Shown here piece by piece: positions 1-9,697 of a stretch of DNA of 64,000 nucleotides; the stretch's first letter is position 1; the number at the start of each line of letters is the position of its first letter. The notes under the pieces were generated by a model that had not been told where the DNA came from, ran no database searches, and saw only the letters and a list, made by a program, of their open reading frames with translations. The position numbers and the translations under genes are program-made. Origin of the DNA: a virus (taxonomy: Duplodnaviria > Caudoviricetes); the IMG/VR virus record IMGVR_UViG_3300043773_000356, positions 1,067 through 65,066 of that record; one strand, given 5' to 3'.

Positions 1-1
1 C

Positions 2-2038
2 GTCCGATGAAATCTTCATAATCATTTGCCGCCCACGGATGCGGGTGTAGACAATATTGGTGAACTGTTCAATCGTGATCGTGGATGTACGAGCAACTGC
101 TTTAGCTGCTTCGGTGTTAAACCCAGACCCTGATCCGTTCATGCCGTACATGGTCATCGTAACTTGTGGGGTACCTGCGGTTGATCCTTGGAATGTCAGA
201 TCCGGCACCATACGCCAGATAAACCCAAACTTCTCGCCATCGTCGATGTCAAATTCAGCCGACTCGATATAAGCCTCAATAGGCAACGTCGTACCGGTTT
301 CGTTGTCATCAATTCCTTGCTCATGGTTGACAAGGTTGTAGCTGTACGTAGCCGCAACAGGGTAATCTCTTAACCCAGAATCAATCCAAGCCGTACGCGC
401 TAATGAGCCGTAATACCAAATATCTTCGGCGTAGTTGTAAACAACATAAGAATCAACTGCCGTAGCGTCAGCCGAACAGTAAAACCACCAAACTTCATTA
501 AAACCTTCGTTAGTTCCAGCAAAAATTTGTTGGTTTTGATTAAAGTTAATGTTACTAAATACATGCCGACGAAGATCACAACGAAGTGTTTGCACTCGAC
601 CGTCGTAGCGATAGAATTTATCTACGCCCATCCAAAACACAATACCAGAAGCAATTGCCGCAGCATTTTGCCCTGCAATTGATATATTGTCCCCAAGCAA
701 TTGGGAAGTCCAAACAAGGGGCGCACCAACATACTGAAGCGAATAAAGCGAAGAATCAGTCCACACCACAACTTCTTGGCGAGCCTGTAAAGCAGTGACG
801 ATTTCCGAGCCGTGGGACAACCGTACAAACCCTGCTTGATTTAACGAAGACGGCACCCAATCAACAACCGATTCTTGGTTTGACCACCGAATAAGCATAG
901 GGTCAAGCGTTGTGCCGCCGTACTCTGTTGTACCAAATACCAGCACAAATCTAGAAGTGTCCGATACAAGAATATAGTTTTGCAAAGTGGGAACATCAAC
1001 AAGCTCAGAAATACTTTGAGTGCCCGACTGTGACCCTGATGTATTTATTAACGCCCCAGCTACCGTAGCTGAAAGATTAGCCGTAGCACCATCGACATTA
1101 CGTAAATAGTACGTCGTACCCGCAGTAAGCCCAGTAGGTAGTGCGCCCGTTGTGGCAAGTTTAATTGCCGTGCCTTCTGCCAAAATATTTGACAGCGTGA
1201 TAACACAGGGTGTTGCAATGGTTAGGGTTACAGTACCCCCTAGCGTATTGACATTAACGCCTCGTCCAACAGGATTAGTAGCAAGATTCCCTGCATCCCA
1301 GTAATACAGCCCACCACCACGAGGTCCAAAAATTAAATCCTCGCCCCAATTACTGGCAGACCATAAGCGCAAAGAGTCGGTTGCCCCGCTACCAAAACCC
1401 CAAGTTCCAAGCCCCCAACCTCCACCACCCCAACCCGTTAGCGGTAATTGATACGCAGGGCCAGTGTTGACTTGATATGCCGCAACAACTGAAGCTCCAC
1501 CACCGGGGGAAGCAGCTATAGCTGTAGCATTAGGCGTAACAGAAATAGTGATGGTGTAGGTGTTAGCGTCAACACGAGTAATTTGAAACTCTTGATTAAG
1601 CACCGACGCGGTAACGTTTGTACCAACTCCACCAATATCCACAGCGCCACTAAATGTAACAAAATCGCCTGTTATGGCTCCGTGTGCTGTGTCAGTAACT
1701 GTTACCGTAGTAGATGCAGTAAGTGCAAACGGATTGTTATTAATGGTTGAAGTTGCGCGAATTGGCGTGATGTCGTTGTAGTACCCCCCACGCTCCACAT
1801 AATATTTGAGGTTGGTCCCAACCCCCATAAGGTTTTCAAACCCTAGCGTGACCCAGTTCCATAAAGAACGACATACGCCTTGGAAAGTATAGGGGGATAT
1901 ACGTGACCATCCGCCAATCTTTTCAGGGGTGCCTTGGCGAAACCGCACTTTGTCAGATACATACCAACCGTTCTCGTTGGTATACCGAGTGTTTTCTTTA
2001 TTAACCCCCGGCTTTAATAATATCTTTTTGAGTGGCAT
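2..2038 (-). CDS. Tail tubular/stabilisation (nozzle-like) virion protein, runs off window start
   Basis: Absent from the ORF track because it has no stop in the window. ATG at 2038 gives MPLKKILLKPGVNKENTRYTNENGWYVSDKVRFRQGTPEKIGGW..., with a GWGGGGWGLGTWG motif, and it ends ...YTRIRGRQMIMKISSD at base 2. Typical podovirus tail protein. Confidence 0.75.
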   Translation of the reverse strand, partial: MPLKKILLKPGVNKENTRYTNENGWYVSDKVRFRQGTPEKIGGWSRISPYTFQGVCRSLWNWVTLGFENLMGVGTNLKYYVERGGYYNDITPIRATSTINNNPFALTASTTVTVTDTAHGAITGDFVTFSGAVDIGGVGTNVTASVLNQEFQITRVDANTYTITISVTPNATAIAASPGGGASVVAAYQVNTGPAYQLPLTGWGGGGWGLGTWGFGSGATDSLRLWSASNWGEDLIFGPRGGGLYYWDAGNLATNPVGRGVNVNTLGGTVTLTIATPCVITLSNILAEGTAIKLATTGALPTGLTAGTTYYLRNVDGATANLSATVAGALINTSGSQSGTQSISELVDVPTLQNYILVSDTSRFVLVFGTTEYGGTTLDPMLIRWSNQESVVDWVPSSLNQAGFVRLSHGSEIVTALQARQEVVVWTDSSLYSLQYVGAPLVWTSQLLGDNISIAGQNAAAIASGIVFWMGVDKFYRYDGRVQTLRCDLRRHVFSNINFNQNQQIFAGTNEGFNEVWWFYCSADATAVDSYVVYNYAEDIWYYGSLARTAWIDSGLRDYPVAATYSYNLVNHEQGIDDNETGTTLPIEAYIESAEFDIDDGEKFGFIWRMVPDLTFQGSTAGTPQVTMTMYGMNGSGSGFNTEAAKAVARTSTITIEQFTNIVYTRIRGRQMIMKISSD

Positions 2039-2041
2039 CGC

Positions 2042-2509
2042 TCACCTCATCAATGCAGCTTCAGCCGCACGTCGGCGTGTAAGGCCGGGGAGGACTCTAC
2101 CGGCAGCTTTATTCCACAATAAGCACTGATCGGCTGCACCATCCCAGTCCCCCGCATCAATACGTTTCTTGAACGTGGAAACCCGATAGTTTCCTAAGCC
2201 ACAATTGTAAGCCCAGCTTGTCACGGCGGCAATGCGTCTTGGTAAAGCAGTTTGAAGTTTGGGAGACATCTTAAAAAGCCCCCTGACAAAGTATTCAACG
2301 TGGTGGTCCAGCGCATCCTCGCACTGCTGCATTGTCCAGACGGTTCCTGGGTTGATGTCCGGCCCTGTGGCTCCCCAACCGATTGTCCAAGGGTGCCCAC
2401 GGGTTCCGGGGTCGGGATAAGCCGTTACACGTCCGTCAGGCAAACGCTTTGCCAAGCCTTCAAAAGGCTTGATCAGTACATCCTTGCAAAGCTTCTTAGC
2501 CTCATTCAC
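2042..2509 (-). CDS. Endolysin, GH24 phage lysozyme
   Basis: FEG...AYPDPGT...WTIGWG, AYNCG and W.KAAGRVLPGLTRRRAAE motifs. Likely GTG start at 2509 overlapping the upstream stop (GTGA); the ORF track starts at 2560. Confidence 0.92.
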   Translation of the reverse strand: MNEAKKLCKDVLIKPFEGLAKRLPDGRVTAYPDPGTRGHPWTIGWGATGPDINPGTVWTMQQCEDALDHHVEYFVRGLFKMSPKLQTALPRRIAAVTSWAYNCGLGNYRVSTFKKRIDAGDWDGAADQCLLWNKAAGRVLPGLTRRRAAEAALMR

Positions 2510-2991
2510 GATTTCTGATATTTCTCTACGCTGCGCCCAACGAACCAAAACGTGATACACATTGTAAATACACCAAAATCATCCTCATCCCAGCACTTGC
2601 TCACGACCTCGGTCCAATCTGCACCCGTTTTAAACGCGATAACAAGCGCAGCCGCCTTGACTGCCGCATACATAAAGAACAAAGCCCAAGTAATCCCCGG
2701 ACGAACCAACGCCGAGATAGCAGCCACAAACCAACCCGCTGCCTTAGCCGTTTCAGCTTGCTCTTGAAACGCAGCTTTGATGGTATCCATCTGCTGGATA
2801 GAGTAGTCAACATACTTCTCCTCCATCTTGAACTCGCCCCGCATCTTCTCCAGATCGGTCTGTAGTTGGAACATGCTGAGTTCATGCTGGCGTTCGTTCT
2901 TTTTGTCCAAGAACTTCAGGACTTCAGGAGCAAGCCGAAAGATGCCACCAAAGATGGAGCCTAAAAGACCGCCGCTAAGTAGCTCAAACAT
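2506..2991 (-). CDS. Putative holin (3TM/GTA-holin-like)
   Basis: Hydrophobic segments, SALVRPGITW and FWFVGRSVEK motifs, directly upstream of the lysozyme. Confidence 0.65.
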   Translation of the reverse strand: MFELLSGGLLGSIFGGIFRLAPEVLKFLDKKNERQHELSMFQLQTDLEKMRGEFKMEEKYVDYSIQQMDTIKAAFQEQAETAKAAGWFVAAISALVRPGITWALFFMYAAVKAAALVIAFKTGADWTEVVSKCWDEDDFGVFTMCITFWFVGRSVEKYQKS

Positions 2992-2993
2992 AA

Positions 2994-3410
2994 TTACCCC
3001 TTAGCAGTTACGATGTCGGCACCCTTCTTGACTGTTACCTTGCTGCCTTCAACATCAACCTGCATAGGTGGCTCGGCACGATCAAGCTTGTCCAACCGAG
3101 TGATGAGATCCTTGATGACTTCAAACTCAGGCTTCTCCTGCTTGGGCGCAGTACCTGCAATCCCATTCAGCATTTGAATAAGTGCAGTAAGTGAAGCACC
3201 AAGAAGACCCATAACAGCAGCAATTTTTTCGCCTTCAAGGAAAAGAGATGCACCGACACCCACGATCACGATCAGGAAGATATAAAGCAGCCCATCTTCG
3301 CCAATGGCTTTGCCTGCTACTTCTTTGGCCGAGTCTTGTGCTTTAAGCTCTTCAAGCCGAATCTTAGCCTGCGCTTTGAGTACGGCTAGCTCGTGGGTTT
3401 TGTCGTCCAT
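2994..3410 (-). CDS. Two-TM membrane protein in lysis module
   Basis: Two hydrophobic helices (LLYIFLIVIVGVGASLFL; IAAVMGLLGASLTALIQML). Confidence 0.6.
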   Translation of the reverse strand: MDDKTHELAVLKAQAKIRLEELKAQDSAKEVAGKAIGEDGLLYIFLIVIVGVGASLFLEGEKIAAVMGLLGASLTALIQMLNGIAGTAPKQEKPEFEVIKDLITRLDKLDRAEPPMQVDVEGSKVTVKKGADIVTAKG

Positions 3411-3572
3411 CTACTCTTCCGCTTTTACTTCAGGGGCTACTTGAAGTTGTGGCGCTACTTGCTCTTGAATGGCTTGTACGATCTGAAACACTTCACCATA
3501 AGGCCGTGTGCCTAGATACCCGATGATGTTGTTCATCAGGGAAAGTTTTACGGTTACGTCCTGGTCGTTCAT
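3411..3572 (-). CDS. Small hypothetical protein (53 aa)
   Basis: Read manually: MNDQDVTVKLSLMNNIIGYLGTRPYGEVFQIVQAIQEQVAPQLQVAPEVKAEE. Has an AGGA RBS and fills the gap exactly. Confidence 0.7.
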   Translation of the reverse strand: MNDQDVTVKLSLMNNIIGYLGTRPYGEVFQIVQAIQEQVAPQLQVAPEVKAEE

Positions 3573-3581
3573 GGTTTTCCT

Positions 3582-3839
3582 TTAGGCTTGATAAGCTTTA
3601 CCCGCAGCAATAGCTGCGTTTGTTGCCGTGAGATCACGATCATCGAACCATCCCTTTGCAATCATAAGCTCAAGATGCTCCACGTTGCGCTTGATGCAGT
3701 CTTGACGCTCTTGCGCTGGTTCGTTTTGCATCCGAGTACCGGCAACAATAGCGTTGATGAGATCCACCGAGTCACCCATTGCTGAGAAATGGCGGTCAAG
3801 TTCTGCTTGGCTGGGTACTTCTTGAATAACTTCAGACAT
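3582..3839 (-). CDS. Hypothetical protein
   Basis: ORF in operon with GGAG RBS. Confidence 0.65.
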   Translation of the reverse strand: MSEVIQEVPSQAELDRHFSAMGDSVDLINAIVAGTRMQNEPAQERQDCIKRNVEHLELMIAKGWFDDRDLTATNAAIAAGKAYQA

Positions 3840-3841
3840 GA

Positions 3842-4090
3842 TTAAGCTCCGATTTGATTTTGCTGCGCTGCTTCATAGGCTGCTACAACCTCTGGTGTCC
3901 ACGCTGCTTGAGCAATCGCTACCACCTTCTCTGGCTGGCCTGTGAGGTCTTGCCCCGGCGTTAGGGATGAGCGGTGGTAGGTCTTAGTAAGTTCAACACC
4001 ATCTTCAATGATCCTGGTGGCTTCTCGGTAAAGAACAATGCCGTTCTCAACAACAGTAATTTGGTCTACTACAGTTTGTTTGGTAATCAT
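3842..4090 (-). CDS. Tail-fibre-associated small protein (paralog of 4764-5000)
   Basis: MITKQTVVDQITVVENGIVLYREATRI...YHRSSLTPGQDL, near-identical to 4764-5000. Confidence 0.75.
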   Translation of the reverse strand: MITKQTVVDQITVVENGIVLYREATRIIEDGVELTKTYHRSSLTPGQDLTGQPEKVVAIAQAAWTPEVVAAYEAAQQNQIGA

Positions 4091-4132
4091 TTAAGTTCCT
4101 TTCGTTGGTCCGATCACACTAGTCCGGTGTGC

Positions 4133-4753
4133 TTAAACGTAGTATGTTAATGATGCACTTATACCCTGTGACGATGCTATTGCGGTGCTAAAATAAAATG
4201 TTGTAGAGGAACTAGACGGACCTTGTACAAAACCCCCAGCAGTTGTAGTTCCGTTAACAGCAACCCCAGGAGGACCGCCTGACGCGGCAGAACCATCATA
4301 GCCGCTGGCAAAAGGCAGTCCGCTTACATTTGTACTGTTTGCTATTGTTGCGTAGGTGGCAACACCGCCTGCTGTTGTTGAAAAAAACCAAACAGTAACT
4401 TGACTTCCAATTTTTCTATATCTACCAGAGTAAGCAGGGCTTCCAGTAGTAGTCATATTACTAACACTCGGTGTCCAAGTCCCCTCCTCATAATCATCCA
4501 GCGTATTAGCGTCTGAGGATGCAGATTGCGTGGCGGGGAAGGTGATGCCAACACCTGTAGCGGATGTAGAGCCACCTTGCAAAATTAGGGTGCCGGAGCT
4601 ATTGGCCGTCAACACATCAGCACTTGTAGCCCCGGAGTTGCCTACAGCAAGACGCACCGTACCATCCGGGGAGGATGGTTGATACAAGGTGAAATTATTA
4701 GTCGCTGTGCCGGATTGCCCGACTTGGACGTTGTTTGCTTTTACTGTAGACAC
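4133..4753 (-). CDS. Short tail fibre/receptor-binding protein (paralog of 5046-5702)
   Basis: GITFPATQSASSDANTLDDYEEGTWTP followed by a YRKIG beta-rich C-terminal domain. Confidence 0.7.
   Translation of the reverse strand: MSTVKANNVQVGQSGTATNNFTLYQPSSPDGTVRLAVGNSGATSADVLTANSSGTLILQGGSTSATGVGITFPATQSASSDANTLDDYEEGTWTPSVSNMTTTGSPAYSGRYRKIGSQVTVWFFSTTAGGVATYATIANSTNVSGLPFASGYDGSAASGGPPGVAVNGTTTAGGFVQGPSSSSTTFYFSTAIASSQGISASLTYYV
4470..4549. repeat. 80-bp direct repeat, copy 1 (copy 2 at 5395-5474)
   Basis: 79/80 identical by eye; encodes GITFPATQSASSDANTLDDYEEGTWTP. Confidence 0.9.
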
Positions 4754-4763
4754 AGTAGGCTCC

Positions 4764-5000
4764 TTATGTTGCTTGTGCTGCTTGGTAGGCTGCGATTACT
4801 TCAGGTGTCCATGCTGCTTGAGCGATTGATACAACTTTGCTGGGCTGACCCGATAAATCCTGCCCCGGTGTTAAGGATGAACGATGGTATGTTTGTGTCA
4901 GTAGGTTGCCATCTTCCATAATGCGAGTGGCTTCACGGTAAAGAACAATGCCGTTCTCAACGACAGTGATTTGGTCTACTACGGTTTCTTTGGTAATCAT
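4764..5000 (-). CDS. Tail-fibre-associated small protein (paralog of 3842-4090)
   Basis: Near-identical to 3842-4090, with the same AAAGGAACTTAAATG initiation region. Confidence 0.75.
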   Translation of the reverse strand: MITKETVVDQITVVENGIVLYREATRIMEDGNLLTQTYHRSSLTPGQDLSGQPSKVVSIAQAAWTPEVIAAYQAAQAT

Positions 5001-5045
5001 TTAAGTTCCTTTGTTGGTCCGTCTGCATCAGTCCAATGCAGATAA

Positions 5046-5702
5046 TTAAACTTTATAAGTTACGCTAAATTGAATTCGTGCAGAATTTCCTAAAACAGCT
5101 TGATTGATGTTATTAGTTCCTGATAATGATGTTTGTGTATGAAAGACTAGATTAGTTGTTCCAGGTTCTACTGCGGTAGTCATTGAATACACAGATTGCG
5201 CCAAATTAGCAAAATAACCGGTACTTCCTGGCTGTACATAAGACCCGTTGCTAGTAAAAGGTAGTCCATATACTCGTGTTGTGGAACCAGTACCAATTAA
5301 ATTTATTGTTATTTCACCCCACACAACTACAGTATTACCTATTTTTGTGTATGAAGCAGTTTGTGTTGTGTATGTTGCAGTTCCACCAACATTTGGTGTC
5401 CAAGTCCCTTCCTCATAATCATCCAGCGTATTAGCGTCTGAGGATGCAGATTGCGTGGCGGGGAAGGTGATGCCGTTGGATACTTGTATAACCCCTCCAG
5501 AAGCATTGTTGGTGGTTGTACCAACTAGCAAGTTACCACCGGAGGTGATACGCATCCGCTCGGAGCCACCCGTTGATAAAGCAACCGTATCAGCAGCAGG
5601 ATAAAACAGGCCCGTGTTTGCGTCAGTGCCTTGGAACGCTGGTGTTGATGCTGAACCGTCAGGACCAGCTATGCCGGTCGTACCATTGATAGTTACGGGC
5701 AT
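5046..5702 (-). CDS. Short tail fibre/receptor-binding protein
   Basis: GSASTPAF...NTGLFYPAAD, ERMRITSGGNLLVGTT and LDDYEEGTWTP...YTKIG motifs. Confidence 0.7.
   Translation of the reverse strand: MPVTINGTTGIAGPDGSASTPAFQGTDANTGLFYPAADTVALSTGGSERMRITSGGNLLVGTTTNNASGGVIQVSNGITFPATQSASSDANTLDDYEEGTWTPNVGGTATYTTQTASYTKIGNTVVVWGEITINLIGTGSTTRVYGLPFTSNGSYVQPGSTGYFANLAQSVYSMTTAVEPGTTNLVFHTQTSLSGTNNINQAVLGNSARIQFSVTYKV
5395..5474. repeat. 80-bp direct repeat, copy 2
   Basis: Matches 4470-4549 with one mismatch. Confidence 0.9.
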
Positions 5703-5704
5703 GA

Positions 5705-6961
5705 TTAGTTTCCTTTGAGGGTTGCGATTTCAGCCTCGGCTGCTTGGAGGCGAGTGTTGAGTTCTTTGATGGCGTTGACCATGTGCCAAAACACATTGTC
5801 GGAGTCTACCGATAACACACCGGTGGATTCTTCCTTGACGCAATCAGGGCAGACTTCTTGAAGTTCCTGAGCAATAACGCCGAGTTGGATACCGGTCTTT
5901 TGAATTGCGTCTTGCGGCTTGAGTTCAGCATCAACTTCTTCCGGCAAACGGTACTCAAAGTTGCGAACACGAATCTGGCTAATCTTGTCTAAGCCTTCGT
6001 TGTTATCAACGATGTTCTTCTTCAGACGCCGGTCAGAAGTCGTAGACCAAGACGATGAGTTGTTACCTTGGTAGACACCACCACCGCCTGGGCTAATAAA
6101 CCCGGTGGTTGATCCTTTTCCGGTAAGAGCGCTACCGCCCGCTGAACCGATTACAAGTTCATTTGAGTTGGTTGCTGCACTACCCCTAGTGTTATAACCT
6201 AAGAAAACATTATCATCGCCTGTTGTTGTAAGTAATCCCGCGCTTGCACCAATACAAATGTTTCTTGCGCCGGTTGTAATTGCAACGCCTGAATTATTCC
6301 CTACGCCTGTGTTTTCAGCGCCAGTAGCCGCGTATATTGATTTATAACCAACGGCGGTGCTGTTATTAGATGTAGTGTTGCTATATCCCGCCTGATAACC
6401 AACAGCAGTGTTGTTGGAGGCGGTGGTGTTGGTTAAGAGAGCTTGGAAACCAATAGCAACATTATAATTTGCGGTTGTGCTATCCCTCAAAGCGTCTTTA
6501 CCAACAACCGTGTTTTGCGCTCCAGTCGTTAAAGTAACCGAAGAGTTAGCCCCAACTGATACGTTGTCAGTTCCACTAGTATTTGCACCAAGTGCGTCAC
6601 GTCCTACAGCCGTATTTCTTATGCCAGTCGTATTCGCATCTAACGCCTGATAACCAACAGCGGTGTTGTCTGAGCCAGTGCTATTGCTATAGAGGGCTGA
6701 TGCCCCCACCGCAGTGTTGCTAACCCCCGTCGTACTCGGCGCAGCGTTATATCCAAGCGCAGTCAGATAAGGCGAAGCACCACCCGTTGTCATCGACCCA
6801 TACACCGGACCCAGTGTGGTAGGCGTGGCGGCAGAAGCTGTCGTTATGATGGTCCCTGCCGCAGCAGGTAAGGTCACGGTGTAAGTGCTATTCGTATTCG
6901 GTGCGGCTATAGTGACAATACCTGTCCCAGACGCATCACCCGATAATTTCAGTTGTGACAT
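5705..6961 (-). CDS. Tail fibre/spike with beta-helical repeats and C-terminal intramolecular chaperone (peptidase S74-like)
   Basis: NTAVGYQAL-type repeats, a TSDRRLKKNI autocleavage motif, GVIAQELQEV and a terminal coiled coil. Confidence 0.85.
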   Translation of the reverse strand: MSQLKLSGDASGTGIVTIAAPNTNSTYTVTLPAAAGTIITTASAATPTTLGPVYGSMTTGGASPYLTALGYNAAPSTTGVSNTAVGASALYSNSTGSDNTAVGYQALDANTTGIRNTAVGRDALGANTSGTDNVSVGANSSVTLTTGAQNTVVGKDALRDSTTANYNVAIGFQALLTNTTASNNTAVGYQAGYSNTTSNNSTAVGYKSIYAATGAENTGVGNNSGVAITTGARNICIGASAGLLTTTGDDNVFLGYNTRGSAATNSNELVIGSAGGSALTGKGSTTGFISPGGGGVYQGNNSSSWSTTSDRRLKKNIVDNNEGLDKISQIRVRNFEYRLPEEVDAELKPQDAIQKTGIQLGVIAQELQEVCPDCVKEESTGVLSVDSDNVFWHMVNAIKELNTRLQAAEAEIATLKGN

Positions 6962-6970
6962 GTTATTTCC

Positions 6971-7966
6971 TTAGACAATAGTCCATGTTGATCCAGACGG
7001 CACCGTGACCGTGATGCCAGAACCTACCGTAGTAGGGCCGGGAGACATAGCGTTGTAATTATTGGGGATCGTGTAATTCGTCGCTACCGTCGCAGCCCCA
7101 ACAAATAAACTATTGATCGCTACCATCGCTTGAGCCTGCAACTCGCCGGTGCTTGGCTTGTATAGTAAGTTGGCATTGCCGGTATAAATCGTAGCCGCCG
7201 TACCTGACGTAGCTGCTAAAAAGGCGGGATATACGTTGGAAGACGTTGACGTGTCATTACTAATCGTTACCGCTGCGGTTGAAAAGGACAACGTGCCTGA
7301 ACCATTAGTAACAAGTGCCTGACCGTTCGTGCCGTCAGCCGAGGGGAGTGTCCAAGTGACGTTAGAGGCAACCGTGCCGGGGGATTTAAACGCAACGTAA
7401 TTAGAAGAGTCTGTGTCGGCTAAACGTAAAGCACCTGCTGCACCAATCTGAACATTCGTGCCATCCCACGTTAAGTTAGCGGACCCACCAAAAACGCCTG
7501 CGTTATTGAACTGAATCTGCGTGGTAGAACCACCCGCTGCACCGCCAACTTTCACATAATCTGTACCATTAAAAGCTACTAGTGCTTTTTCACCGGGAAC
7601 CACGGTTACACCGGTTTGCCCAGACGCTTTAATTATTAAATTATAAGTAGCGTCAGCATTAATAATGACGTAACGCCGATTAGAACTTGGGGCCGTAATG
7701 GTTGAGTTTGTTGCTAGGCTTGAAACTTTAATCGCACCATACTGTGCAGAGCTTGCAGCAATATTGGTTGCCGAAGAGTCACCTGTGGAATTTGATAACG
7801 ATAACGCACCAGCCGTAAAGTCTGAACTTGTTAACGAAGTCATTCCCGCAACAGCAATGTCAATATATTGCGTCAGACCGTTGTTGGTCGTATCGCCCCA
7901 AGTACCAGATTCCGTACCCGTGACCGGGAGGGGAAGATTTAAGAGGGTAGTGCGATTAACAGTCAT
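6971..7966 (-). CDS. Tail/fibre structural protein
   Basis: SGTWGDTTN N-terminus, GGSTTQIQFNNAGVFGG, WTLPSADGTNGQAL and a TVTVPSGSTWTIV C-terminus. Confidence 0.7.
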   Translation of the reverse strand: MTVNRTTLLNLPLPVTGTESGTWGDTTNNGLTQYIDIAVAGMTSLTSSDFTAGALSLSNSTGDSSATNIAASSAQYGAIKVSSLATNSTITAPSSNRRYVIINADATYNLIIKASGQTGVTVVPGEKALVAFNGTDYVKVGGAAGGSTTQIQFNNAGVFGGSANLTWDGTNVQIGAAGALRLADTDSSNYVAFKSPGTVASNVTWTLPSADGTNGQALVTNGSGTLSFSTAAVTISNDTSTSSNVYPAFLAATSGTAATIYTGNANLLYKPSTGELQAQAMVAINSLFVGAATVATNYTIPNNYNAMSPGPTTVGSGITVTVPSGSTWTIV

Positions 7967-7975
7967 AGCATCACC

Positions 7976-9175
7976 TTAAGTCGTAATGGGTGTCCAGTTA
8001 GCTGTTTGAGAGTCATTGATCTGCGTCCAACCAGCACTTTGTGAATCATTAATATTTTGCCAATTAGCGGTCTGTGAGTCATCAATGAGTTCCCACAAAA
8101 GCCCACCTAGGATTGCATCAAGCGCAGTAGCCGCTTCAGACACCGCTACATTATAATTACCATTTACCTCGGTAGTATCAGCTATCGAAGCAGTTTCCGC
8201 AACAACACCGCTCAAGTCTACAGTAACCGATACGGCATCTGCACCGAGAGAAGTTTCGTCAACCGAGGCAAAAAGCGTAATCCCACTCAGAATGCTATCT
8301 ATGCCTGCGGCTGACTCTTGAATATCACTTGAAACAACGTTATTAGCAACAATAGCGTCAACAGCAGAAGCTGTTTCACTTATATCAAAAGGTATAGCCC
8401 CGCCCCAAACGCCACTGCCCCAAGGACCAGACCCCCAAGCCGCACCACTTAAAAATTCCGTATCGGTTGTGTCTTGCGCCGTTGATGTTTCTGATATGAC
8501 ATTATCAAAAGAAACACTTACCGAAATAGCATCAACGCCAAGAGCTGCCTCATCGACACTTGCCACAAGCGTATAAGTCGCCGTGATCTGATCTGCGCCT
8601 GTTGCCGCCTCAATAACCTGTGCAAGGAATGTCCCTGCTGATTCAACTGCATCTGCGCCGCTAGCCGATTCTGAGATCGTGCTTTGGTAGGCTAAGGATG
8701 CGTCAATAGAATCTGTTCCCGTCGCTGTTTCTGCAACATTCGGGTTGACTGTAAGACTTGCGTCAGTTGTATCTGCTCCCGCCGCTGTTTCTGCAATGTC
8801 CGTGCTTAAGGTTATGTTTGCAGAGGGTGCGTCAGTACCTGTGGCCGTTTCTTGAGTTTCGGCGTTTAATGTGGCATTTGACGTTATTTGATCCGCACCC
8901 GATGCCGTTTCCGCAGCAACAAGATTAAAAATATATTCAGACGTTACAGTCTCAGACGCCGTTGCTGTTTCTTCTGTGGTGGCGTTAAGTGTGGCAAGTG
9001 AGCTTATTACATCTGTACCCGTAGCCGTTTCAGCTACTACTGCTAGCGCAGTGAGGGTTGTATCTAGTAAATCGGTGCCGGTCGCTGTTTCATTGACCTG
9101 TCCGTCAAAACTAGGTGTTACTGCGCCTGCGGTACTCGCATACGGGGTTTGTGCATAGGCGCTGAAACCGAACAC
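7976..9175 (-). CDS. Acidic repeat-rich virion protein
   Basis: Many ~19-aa ETATGTD-like repeats, no Lys/Arg, and a WGSGPWGSGVWGG motif. Confidence 0.7.
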   Translation of the reverse strand: MFGFSAYAQTPYASTAGAVTPSFDGQVNETATGTDLLDTTLTALAVVAETATGTDVISSLATLNATTEETATASETVTSEYIFNLVAAETASGADQITSNATLNAETQETATGTDAPSANITLSTDIAETAAGADTTDASLTVNPNVAETATGTDSIDASLAYQSTISESASGADAVESAGTFLAQVIEAATGADQITATYTLVASVDEAALGVDAISVSVSFDNVISETSTAQDTTDTEFLSGAAWGSGPWGSGVWGGAIPFDISETASAVDAIVANNVVSSDIQESAAGIDSILSGITLFASVDETSLGADAVSVTVDLSGVVAETASIADTTEVNGNYNVAVSEAATALDAILGGLLWELIDDSQTANWQNINDSQSAGWTQINDSQTANWTPITT

Positions 9176-9184
9176 ATTTTTACC

Positions 9185-9331
9185 TTATAGCTGTGCAGTC
9201 GTGAGGTTGAAAAATTGATCTGACGTAAACGATTGTAGTGGTTGCTCTGCCTGTGTGTCAGTCGCTAACTCTACCCAACCTTCGTTCAAGAAATACGCCC
9301 ACTGATAGCCCTCACGATTAGTCCAGTGCAT
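9185..9331 (-). CDS. Small hypothetical protein (48 aa)
   Basis: Read manually: MHWTNREGYQWAYFLNEGWVELATDTQAEQPLQSFTSDQFFNLTTAQL. Fills the gap. Confidence 0.4.
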   Translation of the reverse strand: MHWTNREGYQWAYFLNEGWVELATDTQAEQPLQSFTSDQFFNLTTAQL

Positions 9332-9689
9332 ACGACACCCAATTAGTCATTGACTCATCCCATTGATACAGATTGCCGTCGGTAGGGTATGGCACTGGAG
9401 GCTCCCATAAACATGTTTGTTCGTTTAGGATCCAGCTAGGAAAAGGTTTTGGGGGAATAAAAGCATCACGCTGTGGATCGTATGTGTAGCCGATGCCTGC
9501 GTAGTTTTTTCTGAACGTGCCGTTGTAGCTCGTCTGCTTCCAAGCTAAATACCCGTTTGACCAGTTAATCAGAAAATCAACGCCTCGCTGCTCTTGCTCT
9601 ACGCCGTTCTCATCAAGCAGCTCGTTGTTATGCACAACGTGCACTTCAAGCACGACATTGTTTTGATCTAGTTTTGCAAAGTGAGCCAT
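9318..9689 (-). CDS. Conserved phage protein accompanying glycine-rich tail protein
   Basis: MAHFAKLD...WKQTSYN...RKNYAGIGYTYD...DAFIPPKPFPSW. ATG at 9689 with a GGGG RBS. Confidence 0.75.
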   Translation of the reverse strand: MAHFAKLDQNNVVLEVHVVHNNELLDENGVEQEQRGVDFLINWSNGYLAWKQTSYNGTFRKNYAGIGYTYDPQRDAFIPPKPFPSWILNEQTCLWEPPVPYPTDGNLYQWDESMTNWVSYALD

Positions 9690-9697
9690 CTGCACCC

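Noticed and set aside
4133-5702. Diversity-generating retroelement acting on the duplicated tail-fibre block
   Set aside because: No reverse transcriptase is present, and the repeat copies differ at only one base and lie in the conserved rather than the variable part.
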